From contig NZ_JBHSTI010000003.1 in NCBI RefSeq assembly GCF_042660085.1, positions 1 through 32,000 on the forward strand: a stretch of 32,000 nt of DNA, read 5' to 3'. A model generated the notes under the pieces. The model was not told where the DNA came from. It did not search any database and worked only from the letters and a program-made list of their open reading frames with translations. This DNA comes from Longivirga aurantiaca. GTDB taxonomy: Bacteria; Actinomycetota; Actinomycetes; S36-B12; CAIYMF01. This document shows positions 7,237 through 16,180 of the stretch, piece by piece. Within the stretch, counting starts at the first letter, position 1; every line of letters begins with the position of its first letter. The position numbers and the translations under genes are program-made.

Positions 7237-7368
7237 GAGCCTTCCCGGACGGGCGGCAGGGGGCCTGAGTAGTCACTACCCAGATCCGGCGCCACCCATG
7301 CGAGTGACCCCGCGCGGAGTCCGCGACCCCCTACCCTGGCGTCCGGGCGGAGCACGGGGAGGGCGCGG

Positions 7369-10077
7369 ATGGGCACGACCACGGTTCTCACGTGGCCCCT
7401 CGTCGGACGTACCGCCGACCTCGAGCGCATCGTCTCCGCCCTCGCCGACGACTCCGTCCGGGTCGTCCACCTCGTCGGCGACGCCGGCACCGGCAAGTCC
7501 CGCCTCGCCGAGGAGGCCCTGCGCGGCGCCGAGCTCGACGGCTACCCCGTCGCCCACGTCGCCGCCTCCGAGGCGGCGGCCGTCGTCCCCCTGTCGGCGC
7601 TGTCGCCCCTGCTGCCTTCCGGTACGTCGCCCGCGCTCGACCCGGGCGCCGTCCTCGACAGCGTCGTCGACCATGTCCGCGAGCTCGGGGACGGCGCCCG
7701 CGTGGTGGTGCACGTGGACGACATCGACCAGCTCGACGTCGTGTCGGCCGACCTCCTGGCCCGGCTCTGGCGCGACGGGCTCGTGGCCGTCGTGGCCACG
7801 CAGCGCACCGGCACCGCGACCCCGGGCGTGCTGATGACCGAGCAGCGCCGCGGCGGAGTCCTGCGCATCGATCTCGGCGACCTGCCGCGCCCGTCGGCCT
7901 CCTCGCTCCTGCACCACGTGCTGCGCGGGCCCGTCTCGGCGGGCGCCGAGCACGCGCTCTGGGACGTCGCGCAGGGCAACCCGCTCTACCTGCGCGAGCT
8001 GGTCACGAGCGCGGTCCTCGCCGACAGGCTCGCGCCGGTGGACGGCGTGTGGGTGCTCGACGGCGCCCTCGACGTGAGCGGAGGCCTCGCGGGGCTCGTC
8101 GCCGAACGCATCGGGCACCTCGACGCCGACGAGCGCGACCTGGTCGAGCTGCTCGCCCTCTGCGCCCCCCTCGGCGTGGACGAGCTCGCCGCGCACGCCC
8201 GGCTCGACGTCCTCGAGTCGCTCGAGGCCGGCGGCGTCATCCGTGTGAGCGCCGACCGGCGCCGTCAGCTCGTCACGCTCGCGCACCCCGTGCACGTGCA
8301 GGTGCTGCGCGGATCGCTCCCGCGGCTTAAGGCACGCCGGCTGCTGCTCGACCAGGTCGCGCGCACCGAGGCGCACGGATCCCGTCGCCGCGACGACGTG
8401 CTCCGCGTGGCCGCGTGGCGCCTCGACGCCACGGGAACGGCAGACCCGCGGCTACTCGTGGCAGGTGCCGAGCTCGCCCGCACGTCGCACGACTACCTGC
8501 AGGTCGAGCGGCTCGCGCGCGCCGCGCTGCTGCTCGAGCCCGACGCCGTCGCGAGCACGCTGCTCGGCGAGGCGCTGTACGAGCAGGGCCGGTTCGACGA
8601 GGCCGACGAGACGCTCGCCTCCGCCGCAGCGGCGCTGGGCGACGACCAGGCCTCGGGCGACGCCGTCCGGATCGCGCTCATGCACGGGATCGTGCTGTTC
8701 TTCGGGCTCGGCAGGTCCGAGGCGGCGCTCGACCGGCTCGGTGCCGCGTCGTCGGCCGTCGCAGGCGCGGGCCTCACGGACGACGAGGCGGCCGAGCGGA
8801 CGGCGGTGCTCGAGTCGATGCGGGCCCTGCTGCTCACCCAGGGCGGGCGCAGCCGTGAGGCGCTCGACGCCCTGCCCGCGGAGCCGCCGTCCGACCCGGT
8901 GATGCGCGCGGTGCACGCCCGCGCCCACGCCTGGGCCCACTACCGCACGGGCGAGGCCGAGGCCGCGGCCGAGTCCGCGCTCGCCGCCTGGGAGGCGGGG
9001 ATCCGCGAGGACGCGCCCGCCGGGCTCCTGCACCCCGCGGGCGACCTCATGGTGGCTGCCCTCGCCCACCTCGAGCTCGGCCGGCCGGAGGAGGCGCGCG
9101 CGCTCGCGGCCAAGGGCCGTGACGTCGCGATCGCCCAGGGCGTGCCCTTCCAGGCGGCGTGGCTCGCCTGGGCCGTGGCCACCGTCGACCTCGTCATGGG
9201 GTACGCCGAGGACGCCGAGGCCGCGTTCCGCGAGCTCGCGGCCACAGCCGGGCGAGGCGGCTTCGCGCAGGTGGAGCACCTCGCCGCCCTCGGGCTCACC
9301 GAGTGCCGCGCTCTCACGGGCGACGCCGCGGGTGCGCACGCCTGGTTCGACCGTGCGGAGGCGCTCCCGGCGGCGGCGCCGGCGTTCGCCCCCGCGACCG
9401 TGATGGCACGCGCGTGGCTCGCCTCGGCCGACGGCGACACCCGGCAGGCGGCGGCGCTGCTGCACGACGCCGGGCTCGAGCTGGCTGCCCGCGACGAGCT
9501 GCGCGAGGCCGCGGTGCTGCTCGACGAGGCGGTGATGTTCGGCGACCGCGATGCCGCCGAGGCCCTGCTCGTCGTGATCGACCGCGTGCCCACGCCCGTC
9601 GGGCGGGCGCGCAGGCTCCGGGCCCAGGCGCTGCTCACGGGTGCGCCGTCCGACCTCCTGGCCGCGGCCGAGGGCTTCGCCGGCTGCGGCTTCGTGCACT
9701 CCGCCGCCACGATGGCCGCGCGTGCCGCCCAGGTGCTGCGGGCCGATGGCGACCCGCGCGCGGCGGCCGCCGCCGAGGCCCAGGCGCGCGCCTGGGCCGA
9801 CCTCTCGCCGGGCATCCAGGTGGAGGGCCTCGGCTCGACCGCCGGCGCCGCGCTCCTCACGCCGCGCGAGCGCGAGATCTCCTCGCTCGTCGCACGCGGC
9901 CGCAGCAGCAAGGAGGTGGCGACCGACCTCGTGCTCTCCGTCCGCACGATCGACAACCACCTCGCCAACGTCTACGCCAAGCTCGGCATCGCGGGGCGTG
10001 CCCAGCTCGCACCGGCGCTCGGCCTGGTCGATGCGGCGACCGCCGTACCGGCCGCGAGATCCGGGAGGGACCGATGA
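7369..10077 (+). CDS. Large ATP-binding LuxR-family regulator (LAL/MalT-like)
   Basis: N-terminal Walker A GDAGTGKSRL, a long helical/TPR-like middle, and a C-terminal LuxR HTH (LTPREREISSLVARGRSSKEVATDLVLSVRTIDNHLANVYAKLGI). 902 aa. Confidence 0.9.
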   Translation: MGTTTVLTWPLVGRTADLERIVSALADDSVRVVHLVGDAGTGKSRLAEEALRGAELDGYPVAHVAASEAAAVVPLSALSPLLPSGTSPALDPGAVLDSVVDHVRELGDGARVVVHVDDIDQLDVVSADLLARLWRDGLVAVVATQRTGTATPGVLMTEQRRGGVLRIDLGDLPRPSASSLLHHVLRGPVSAGAEHALWDVAQGNPLYLRELVTSAVLADRLAPVDGVWVLDGALDVSGGLAGLVAERIGHLDADERDLVELLALCAPLGVDELAAHARLDVLESLEAGGVIRVSADRRRQLVTLAHPVHVQVLRGSLPRLKARRLLLDQVARTEAHGSRRRDDVLRVAAWRLDATGTADPRLLVAGAELARTSHDYLQVERLARAALLLEPDAVASTLLGEALYEQGRFDEADETLASAAAALGDDQASGDAVRIALMHGIVLFFGLGRSEAALDRLGAASSAVAGAGLTDDEAAERTAVLESMRALLLTQGGRSREALDALPAEPPSDPVMRAVHARAHAWAHYRTGEAEAAAESALAAWEAGIREDAPAGLLHPAGDLMVAALAHLELGRPEEARALAAKGRDVAIAQGVPFQAAWLAWAVATVDLVMGYAEDAEAAFRELAATAGRGGFAQVEHLAALGLTECRALTGDAAGAHAWFDRAEALPAAAPAFAPATVMARAWLASADGDTRQAAALLHDAGLELAARDELREAAVLLDEAVMFGDRDAAEALLVVIDRVPTPVGRARRLRAQALLTGAPSDLLAAAEGFAGCGFVHSAATMAARAAQVLRADGDPRAAAAAEAQARAWADLSPGIQVEGLGSTAGAALLTPREREISSLVARGRSSKEVATDLVLSVRTIDNHLANVYAKLGIAGRAQLAPALGLVDAATAVPAARSGRDR

Positions 10078-10478
10078 CGCCCGAGGAGATCGATCTCGTG
10101 ACGGCGAGCGCCGCGCGCGTCGCCCCGGCGCTGGGGGAGGTGTCGGCCGACTTCTACGGCCGGTTGTTCGCCGCCCACCCCGAGGTGCGCGAGATGTTCC
10201 CGGCCGACAACAGCGGCCAGGAGACGAAGTTCGCCGCCTCGATCGCGGCGATCGTCGAGGCCATGCCCGACTTCGTGGCGTTCGCCGACCGCACGGGCCA
10301 GCTCGGGCGCCTGCACGCCGCGCACCGCGTCACCGCCGGCCAGTACTCCGCCGTCGGCGCAGCCCTGCTCGAGGCGCTCGCCGGGGCCGATCCCGGCTTC
10401 GACGACGCGACGCGGGCCGCGTGGGCCACGGCGTACGACCTGCTCGCGGAGTCGATGCAGCTCGCCGCCCGCGGGTGA
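10074..10478 (+). CDS. Single-domain sensor-type globin
   Basis: ATG 10074 overlaps the LAL TGA (ATGA at 10074-10077). 'FYGRLFAAHPEVREMF' and 'LGRLHAAHRVTAGQYSAVGAALLEAL' match the globin B-helix and the F/G region with the proximal His, as in globin-coupled-sensor or Hmp-type globins. Very strong GC3. Confidence 0.8.
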   Translation: MTPEEIDLVTASAARVAPALGEVSADFYGRLFAAHPEVREMFPADNSGQETKFAASIAAIVEAMPDFVAFADRTGQLGRLHAAHRVTAGQYSAVGAALLEALAGADPGFDDATRAAWATAYDLLAESMQLAARG

Positions 10479-10651
10479 GGCCGGTCACCGCCGGACGACC
10501 CCGCCTGCAGGCCCCTGACCTGCGACGACGACCCTGGTCGCGCGGCCGGTCGGCTGCCGGGCCATGATCAGCCCGTTTGACAGACCGCCCCGTGGTGCCG
10601 TCAGACTCCCTGCGTACCGCGAGCGCGGTGCACCGCTAGATAAGGAGTGTC

Positions 10652-13387
10652 GTGCCCCCCAAGTCGAAGGCTGTCCGCCGTCTCGTGATCGTCGAGTCGC
10701 CGGCCAAGGCCAAGACCATCCAGGGCTACCTGGGTGACGGCTACGAGGTCGAGGCCTCGGTGGGGCACATCCGCGACCTCCCCAAGCGGGCCAGCGACAT
10801 CCCGGCCAAGTACAAGGGCGAGTCGTGGTCGCGGCTCGGCGTCGACGTCGACCACGGCTACCAGGCGCTGTACGTCGTGGACGCCGACAAGAAGACCAAG
10901 GTCGCCGAGCTGAAGAAGAAGCTCGCGGACGCCGACGAGCTCCTCCTCGCGACGGACGAGGACCGCGAGGGCGAGGCCATCGCGTGGCACCTGCTCGAGG
11001 TGCTCTCGCCGAAGGTGCCCGTGAAGCGGATGGTCTTCCACGAGATCACCAAGGACGCGATCCAGCGCGCCGCGGAGGAGACCCGCGACCTCGACCAGAA
11101 CATGGTCGACGCCCAGGAGACCCGCCGGATCCTCGACCGCCTCTATGGCTACGAGGTCTCGCCGGTCCTGTGGAAGAAGGTCATGACCGGCCTGTCCGCG
11201 GGCCGGGTGCAGTCCGTCGCCACGCGCCTCGTGGTCGACCGCGAGCGCGAGCGCATCGCGTTCCGCTCGGCGTCGTACTGGGACATCGAGGGGCTCTTCG
11301 ACCCGCAGGCGTTCACCGCCAAGCTCGTCGCGGTCGACGGCAAGCGGGTGGCGTCGGGCAAGGACTTCGACGACCGCGGCACGCTGACCCGGGCCGATGC
11401 CGCGCACCTGTCGGAGGAGGCCGCCACCTCGCTCGCGGCTGCGCTCCAGGATTCGTCGTTCGCCGTGCGCTCGGTCGAGGACAAGCCCTACAAGCGCTCG
11501 CCCGCGGCACCGTTCATGACCTCCACGCTGCAGCAGGAGGCCTCGCGCAAGCTGCGCTGGGGCGCCCAGCGCACAATGCGCGTGGCGCAGGGGCTCTACG
11601 AGCGCGGCTACATCACCTACATGCGTACCGACTCCACCACGCTGTCGGAGTCGGCCGTGCAGGCCGCGCGCCGGCAGGCGTCCGAGCTGTACGGCGCCGA
11701 CCACGTGTCGGAGGTGCCGCGCCGCTACGACCGCAAGGTGAAGAACGCGCAGGAGGCGCACGAGGCCGTGCGCCCCGCGGGCGACTCGTTCCGCACGCCG
11801 GCCGACGTCGCCGGCGAGCTGCGCGGCGACGACTTCGCGCTCTACGACCTCATCTGGAAGCGCACCGTCGCCTCGCAGATGGCCGACGCGCGCGGCCAGA
11901 CCGCCACGATCCGCCTCGGCGCCCGTGCCGCCGACGGTCGCGACGCCGAGTTCTCGGCGTCCGGCACGATCATCACGTTCCGCGGTTTCCTCGCGGCGTA
12001 CGAGGAGTCGGTCGACGACGACCGCGAGAAGGACGACGACGACGCCGAGCGCCGGCTGCCGAACGTCTCGGTCGGCGACACGATCACCGCCGTTCGGCTC
12101 GAGGCCGAGGGCCACTCGACCAACCCGCCGCCCCGCTACACCGAGGCGTCGCTGGTCAAGGCGCTCGAGGAGCGCGGCATCGGCCGCCCGTCGACGTACG
12201 CCTCGATCCTCGGCACGATCGTCGACCGCGGCTACGTCGTGAAGCGCGGGTCGGCCATGGTGCCGTCGTTCCTCGCGTTCTCGGTCGTGCGCCTCATGGA
12301 GGAGCACTTCACCCGGCTCGTCGACTACGACTTCACCGCGCGGCTCGAGGAGGTGCTCGACACGGTTGCGTCGGGCGAGACCGACCGCGTGGCCGTGCTC
12401 GACCGCTTCTACCGCGGCGACGCCGACTTCGCCGGCCTCCACCCGCTGGTGAACGACCTCGGCGAGATCGACGCGCGCGAGCTGGCGTCGTTCCCGATCG
12501 AGGGCTCGGACATCGTGCTGCGCGTCGGGCGCTACGGCCCCTACATCGAGCGCGACGGCGAGCGCGCCAACGTGCCGGCCGAGCTGGCCCCCGACGAGCT
12601 CACCGCCGAGAAGGCCGCCGAGCTCATGGCGATGCCCTCGCACGACCGCGAGCTCGGCGTCGACCCGGAGACCGGCCTCACGATCCTCGCCAAGAACGGC
12701 CGCTACGGCCCGTACGTGACCGAGGTGCTCGCCGAGGGCGCGCCCAAGTCGGCCAGGCCGCGCACGGGCTCGCTGTTCTCCGACATGTCGCTCGACACGA
12801 TCACGCTCGAGGACGCGCTGCGCCTGCTGTCGCTCCCGCGCGAGGTCGGCGCCGACCCGGCGGACGGTGTGCTGATCACGGCGCAGAACGGCCGCTACGG
12901 CCCGTACATCACCAAGGACAAGGACTCGCGCTCGCTGCCCGACGAGGCGTCGATCTTCACGATCGACCTCGACGGTGCGCTCGCGCTGCTCGCCCAGCCC
13001 AAGCAGCGTCGCGGCCAGGCCGCGGCAAAGCCCGGCATCGTGGTCGGCATCGACCCGGCGACCAACCGCGAGGTCACGCTCAAGGAGGGCCGCTTCGGCC
13101 CGTACGTGACCGACGGCGAGACCAACGCCTCGCTGCGACGCGCGGACGACCCGGCCACGATCGGCATCGAGCGCGCCGCCGACCTCCTCGCCGAGCGACG
13201 CGCCAAGGAGCCGGCGCCGAAGAAGAAGGCTGCGGCCAAGAAGACCGCCAAGAAGGCCCCGGCGAAGAAGGCGGCTGCGAAGAAGACCACCGCCAAGAAG
13301 ACGGCTGCTGCGAAGAAGATCGCAGCCACCGCCGACCCTCAGCCCCCCACCGGCGGCGGCACCACCACCACCCTCACCGTCGACTGA
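10652..13387 (+). CDS. topA: DNA topoisomerase I (type IA) with lysine/alanine-rich C-terminal tail
   Basis: AAGGAG precedes the GTG. TOPRIM 'LVIVESPAKAKTI', 'ATDEDREGEAI', the active-site region 'GYITYMRTDS', and repeated 'GRYGPY' C-terminal domains. The tail is KKKAAAKKTAKKAPAKKAAAKK, as in actinobacterial TopA. Confidence 0.97.
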   Translation: MPPKSKAVRRLVIVESPAKAKTIQGYLGDGYEVEASVGHIRDLPKRASDIPAKYKGESWSRLGVDVDHGYQALYVVDADKKTKVAELKKKLADADELLLATDEDREGEAIAWHLLEVLSPKVPVKRMVFHEITKDAIQRAAEETRDLDQNMVDAQETRRILDRLYGYEVSPVLWKKVMTGLSAGRVQSVATRLVVDRERERIAFRSASYWDIEGLFDPQAFTAKLVAVDGKRVASGKDFDDRGTLTRADAAHLSEEAATSLAAALQDSSFAVRSVEDKPYKRSPAAPFMTSTLQQEASRKLRWGAQRTMRVAQGLYERGYITYMRTDSTTLSESAVQAARRQASELYGADHVSEVPRRYDRKVKNAQEAHEAVRPAGDSFRTPADVAGELRGDDFALYDLIWKRTVASQMADARGQTATIRLGARAADGRDAEFSASGTIITFRGFLAAYEESVDDDREKDDDDAERRLPNVSVGDTITAVRLEAEGHSTNPPPRYTEASLVKALEERGIGRPSTYASILGTIVDRGYVVKRGSAMVPSFLAFSVVRLMEEHFTRLVDYDFTARLEEVLDTVASGETDRVAVLDRFYRGDADFAGLHPLVNDLGEIDARELASFPIEGSDIVLRVGRYGPYIERDGERANVPAELAPDELTAEKAAELMAMPSHDRELGVDPETGLTILAKNGRYGPYVTEVLAEGAPKSARPRTGSLFSDMSLDTITLEDALRLLSLPREVGADPADGVLITAQNGRYGPYITKDKDSRSLPDEASIFTIDLDGALALLAQPKQRRGQAAAKPGIVVGIDPATNREVTLKEGRFGPYVTDGETNASLRRADDPATIGIERAADLLAERRAKEPAPKKKAAAKKTAKKAPAKKAAAKKTTAKKTAAAKKIAATADPQPPTGGGTTTTLTVD

Positions 13388-13406
13388 CCCCCCGCCACCT
13401 GCCCTT

Positions 13407-13494
13407 GTCGACCCTGAGGGTCGATCACGGCAGTTGAACCGCAGTTCTCGACCCCTAGGGTCGATCTAGGCAGTTCGACTGCACGTTCTGACCC
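13407..13494 (+). repeat. Repeat family B: about two tandem units of a 37-nt nested palindrome, 20 nt after the topA stop
   Basis: GGGTCGA-tcacg-GCAGTTGAACCGC-agttc-TCGACCC (13418-13454) and GGGTCGA-tctag-GCAGTTCGACTGC-acgttc-TGACCC (13458-13494). Alternative 7-bp hairpins TCGACCC-N3-GGGTCGA lie at 13408-13424 and 13448-13464. Confidence 0.8.
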
Positions 13495-13646
13495 GTCCTC
13501 GTGATCTGGGTACGCCTGCAGCACCCGTGACTCCGCTCACCCGGAGGCCGTCCGCGCGTGCTCAGCGCCGCACGCCAGCACCGGTCGAGGCGGATCCGGC
13601 GTCCGGCAGCGACCCACGGACGTCCGGATCGTGCGAGGCTCACCCG

Positions 13647-14462
13647 ATGACGAGACGGATCGAGGTCGGCTGCGACTTCATCTACGACTCCGCCGTCGCC
13701 ACACCCACGATCTTCCAGGTACAGCCGTCGCCCTCGCCGGTCGTGACGCACGTGGTCGAGTCGTGGACGGCGCAGCCCACCATGGACCTCCGGTCGTACG
13801 TCGACGTCTACGGCAACCGGTGCACGCGCGTGGTGCTCCCCGCCGGCCGCTCGAGCTTCCGGTACGCCGCGGAGGTCGAGGTGCCCGACACGACCGAGGA
13901 CTTCGACCTCTACGCGCCCGAGGTCGCACCGGACGACCTGCCGGACGACGTCCTCGTCTATACGCTCCCCAGCCGCTACTGCCTCCCCGACGTGCTCGCC
14001 AACGAGGCGTGGACGCTCTTCGGCGACGTCGCCCCCGGCTACGGCCGCGTGCAGGCGATCTGCGACCACGTCAACCAGCACCTCACCTTCCAGTACGGCA
14101 GCTCCACCGCATGGTCGACCGCGGCCGACGTCAACAGCACGCGCCTCGGCGTCTGCCGCGACTACACGCACCTCGCGATCTCGTTCTGCCGCGCCCTCAA
14201 CATCCCCGCGCGGTACGTCTTCGGCTACCTGCCGGACATCGACGTCGCGGTCGAGCAGGTCGAGATGGACTTCGCCGCGTGGATGCAGGTGTGGCTCGGC
14301 GACCGCTGGTGGACGTTCGACCCGCGCAACAACGTGCGGCGCAAGGGCCGCGTGCTCATCGGCGTCGGGCGTGACGCGGCGGACGTCGCGATGGCCACGA
14401 CCTTCGGCGGCCCCATCCTCGCCTCGATGCACGTGACCGCCCGCGATATCCCGCAGCAGTAG
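13647..14462 (+). CDS. Transglutaminase-like (cysteine-protease fold) family protein
   Basis: Core 'GVCRDYTHLAISFCRALNIPARYVFGYL', then 'DFAAWMQVWLGDRWWTFDPRNN' and 'GRDAADV'. GAGG lies 8 nt upstream of ATG 13647; the track ORF start at 13527 is unlikely. Confidence 0.85.
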   Translation: MTRRIEVGCDFIYDSAVATPTIFQVQPSPSPVVTHVVESWTAQPTMDLRSYVDVYGNRCTRVVLPAGRSSFRYAAEVEVPDTTEDFDLYAPEVAPDDLPDDVLVYTLPSRYCLPDVLANEAWTLFGDVAPGYGRVQAICDHVNQHLTFQYGSSTAWSTAADVNSTRLGVCRDYTHLAISFCRALNIPARYVFGYLPDIDVAVEQVEMDFAAWMQVWLGDRWWTFDPRNNVRRKGRVLIGVGRDAADVAMATTFGGPILASMHVTARDIPQQ

Positions 14463-14474
14463 AGGAATCGGCTG

Positions 14475-15194
14475 CTAGGCAGACGGCACGAAGGCGACGT
14501 ACACCGAGTTGGTCGCCGCACGCTCCTGCAGCGGGTTGGGGAACTCGACGACGTCGCAGCGCACGTCGACGAACGCCGTGCGCAGCACCGCGAGGTAGTC
14601 GTCGTCGGGCGGGTCGTTCGACCACAGCGTGAAGACGCCGCCGGGCCGCAGCCGCGACGCCAGCACCCGCACGCCGTCCGCCGTGTAGAACGGCGCGTGG
14701 CTCGGGTGCAGCAGGTGCCGCGGCGAGTGGTCGATGTCGACGACGATCGCGTCGTACCGGCGTACGGGGTCCCCGGCGGAGTAGCCGCCGGATGCCGTGA
14801 GCGCGAAGAAGTCGCCGTGCAGCAGGGTGCAGCGCGGGTCGGACGCCGCGGACACGCTCACCGGCACGAGCCCGCGCTGGTGCCAGTCGATCACCGGCGC
14901 GAGCGCGTCGACCACGACCAGTGACGCCACGCGCGGGTCGTCGAGCACTGTCTGCGCGGTGTAGCCGAGGCCGAGGCCGCCCACCACCACGTCGAGCGGC
15001 CGGTCGGGCGCCGCCGCGAGGGCGAGGCGAGCCACCTCGACCTCGGCGACGGTGAACACGCTCGACATGAGGTACTCGTCGCCGAGCTTCACCTCGTAGA
15101 TGTCGTCGCCGCCGGACGGGTTGATGCGCCGCCACAGGCTGATGTCGCCCATCGGCGTGGGCACCAGGTCGAGCACCTCGAACCGAGCCGCCAC
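14475..15194 (-). CDS. Spermidine-synthase-like class I SAM-dependent methyltransferase-fold protein
   Basis: 'FEVLDLVPTPMGDISLWRR...YEVKLGDEYLMSS' is a spermidine-synthase-like N-terminus. 'VVVGGLGLGYTA' is the GxGxG motif, followed by 'DAIVVDIDHSP'. The GTG start at 15194 was chosen just before FEVLD; the track start at 15554 would overlap the divergent gene. Confidence 0.75.
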   Translation of the reverse strand: MAARFEVLDLVPTPMGDISLWRRINPSGGDDIYEVKLGDEYLMSSVFTVAEVEVARLALAAAPDRPLDVVVGGLGLGYTAQTVLDDPRVASLVVVDALAPVIDWHQRGLVPVSVSAASDPRCTLLHGDFFALTASGGYSAGDPVRRYDAIVVDIDHSPRHLLHPSHAPFYTADGVRVLASRLRPGGVFTLWSNDPPDDDYLAVLRTAFVDVRCDVVEFPNPLQERAATNSVYVAFVPSA

Positions 15195-15306
15195 CGCTCT
15201 GCACCCGCCTGCTGGTCGTGCCCTGCCCGCTGCAGCGATCCGCCAGGACGTCCCGGCGCTGCCACGAGTCAACCGCACCCACGCCCTATCCACGAGTAGC
15301 CGCCCG

Positions 15307-15339
15307 AGTCCTCGGTCCTGGGGCGCCACACCGAGGACT
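15307..15339. promoter_or_regulatory. 10-bp perfect inverted repeat in the divergent intergenic region
   Basis: agtcctcggt (15307-15316) and accgaggact (15330-15339), separated by 13 nt, between the divergent starts at 15194 and 15427. Confidence 0.3.
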
Positions 15340-15426
15340 GCGGCGGTTGCTCGGGGGCTCTCGCGGGGAACAATGCGCGCACGCCCGTGCGTTGACCAGG
15401 GTCCGCCGACGAAAGGACCGCAGCCC

Positions 15427-16014
15427 GTGCCGGCAGCCACCACCACAGCGCCCACCTTCGACGAGCAGGCAGCCCTCCTGCGCAGCGTCGGCGTGGGCGC
15501 CGACCTCGAGGCCCTCCGTCCGTACGCCGACAACGCAGCGGCGACCGACCCCACCCACCTGCCGTTCGTCCTGGTCGCCGGCGGCCTCGACCTCGACGCC
15601 GCGATGGCTCACGTGATCGCGAAGGGCAAGCCCGGGCGGGTCGACATGACCCCGCTGCGGCCGCACGACTTCGCGCCGATCGAGGGCACCGAGCCGCCTG
15701 CCTCGCCGTACCTCCTGCTCGACGTCGATCTCGGTGCGCGGTTCCGCAACGCGACGCCGGAGGCCGCGCTGATCGCGCTGCGTGCGGAGGGCCGTACCCC
15801 GCTGACGATCGACGAGGGAGTGAGCATGCTGCTGCAGGTGCCCGATGCGCTGCACGCGCGCACGGCGTACAGCCTGCTCGCGAGCCGCCGGGCCGACCAG
15901 CGGGTGCCCGCGCTCTGGATGTCGTACGGCGCCCCCCGGCTCGGCTGGTGCTGGGACCGCAACCCCCACACCTGGCTCGGCTCCGCGTCTGCCGCCGCCC
16001 GCATCACCGTCTGA
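15427..16014 (+). CDS. Hypothetical protein (about 196 aa)
   Basis: High GC3 with a non-low-complexity sequence (..LTIDEGVSMLLQVPDALHARTAYSLLASRRADQRVPALWMSYGAPRLGWCWDRNPHTWLGS..). GAAAGGA lies 9 nt upstream of GTG 15427; ATG 15373 is an alternative start. I recognise no family. Confidence 0.6.
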   Translation: MPAATTTAPTFDEQAALLRSVGVGADLEALRPYADNAAATDPTHLPFVLVAGGLDLDAAMAHVIAKGKPGRVDMTPLRPHDFAPIEGTEPPASPYLLLDVDLGARFRNATPEAALIALRAEGRTPLTIDEGVSMLLQVPDALHARTAYSLLASRRADQRVPALWMSYGAPRLGWCWDRNPHTWLGSASAAARITV

Positions 16015-16035
16015 CACGGCACCAAGATCGCGAGT

Positions 16036-16098
16036 GGGGGTCGAGGAGTGCAGTTCAACTGCCGTGATCGACCCTAGGGGTGCAGAAGTGCAGCGAGG
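16036..16098 (-). repeat. Repeat family B, inverted copy, 24 nt after the stop of the preceding gene
   Basis: GGGTCGA-ggagt-GCAGTTCAACTGC-cgtga-TCGACCC (16038-16074). Its reverse complement matches the 13418-13454 unit (GGGTCGA-tcacg-GCAGTTGAAC.GC-...-TCGACCC). Flanking tgcagaagtgcag resembles the partial unit at 13479-13494. Confidence 0.75.
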
Positions 16099-16180
16099 GC
16101 GGCGTGGGAGGCCGTCGTACGCCGGCCCAGCCGCCCGAGGTGCGCGGCGTTGTGTCGCTGCGGGGTCGTAGGGTGCCGGG

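Noticed and set aside
10601-12643. 680-aa minus-strand ORF, plus the 870-aa alternative plus frame (10825-13437), across topA
   Set aside because: topA in its own frame has unmistakable TOPRIM and active-site motifs. The others are frame or strand shadows with Arg/Gly/His-rich repeats.
13195-13330. Tandem AAGAAG-rich nucleotide repeat near the topA 3' end
   Set aside because: It is explained by the lysine/alanine-rich C-terminal tail (AKKx repeats) typical of actinobacterial topoisomerase I. It is not an independent repeat element.
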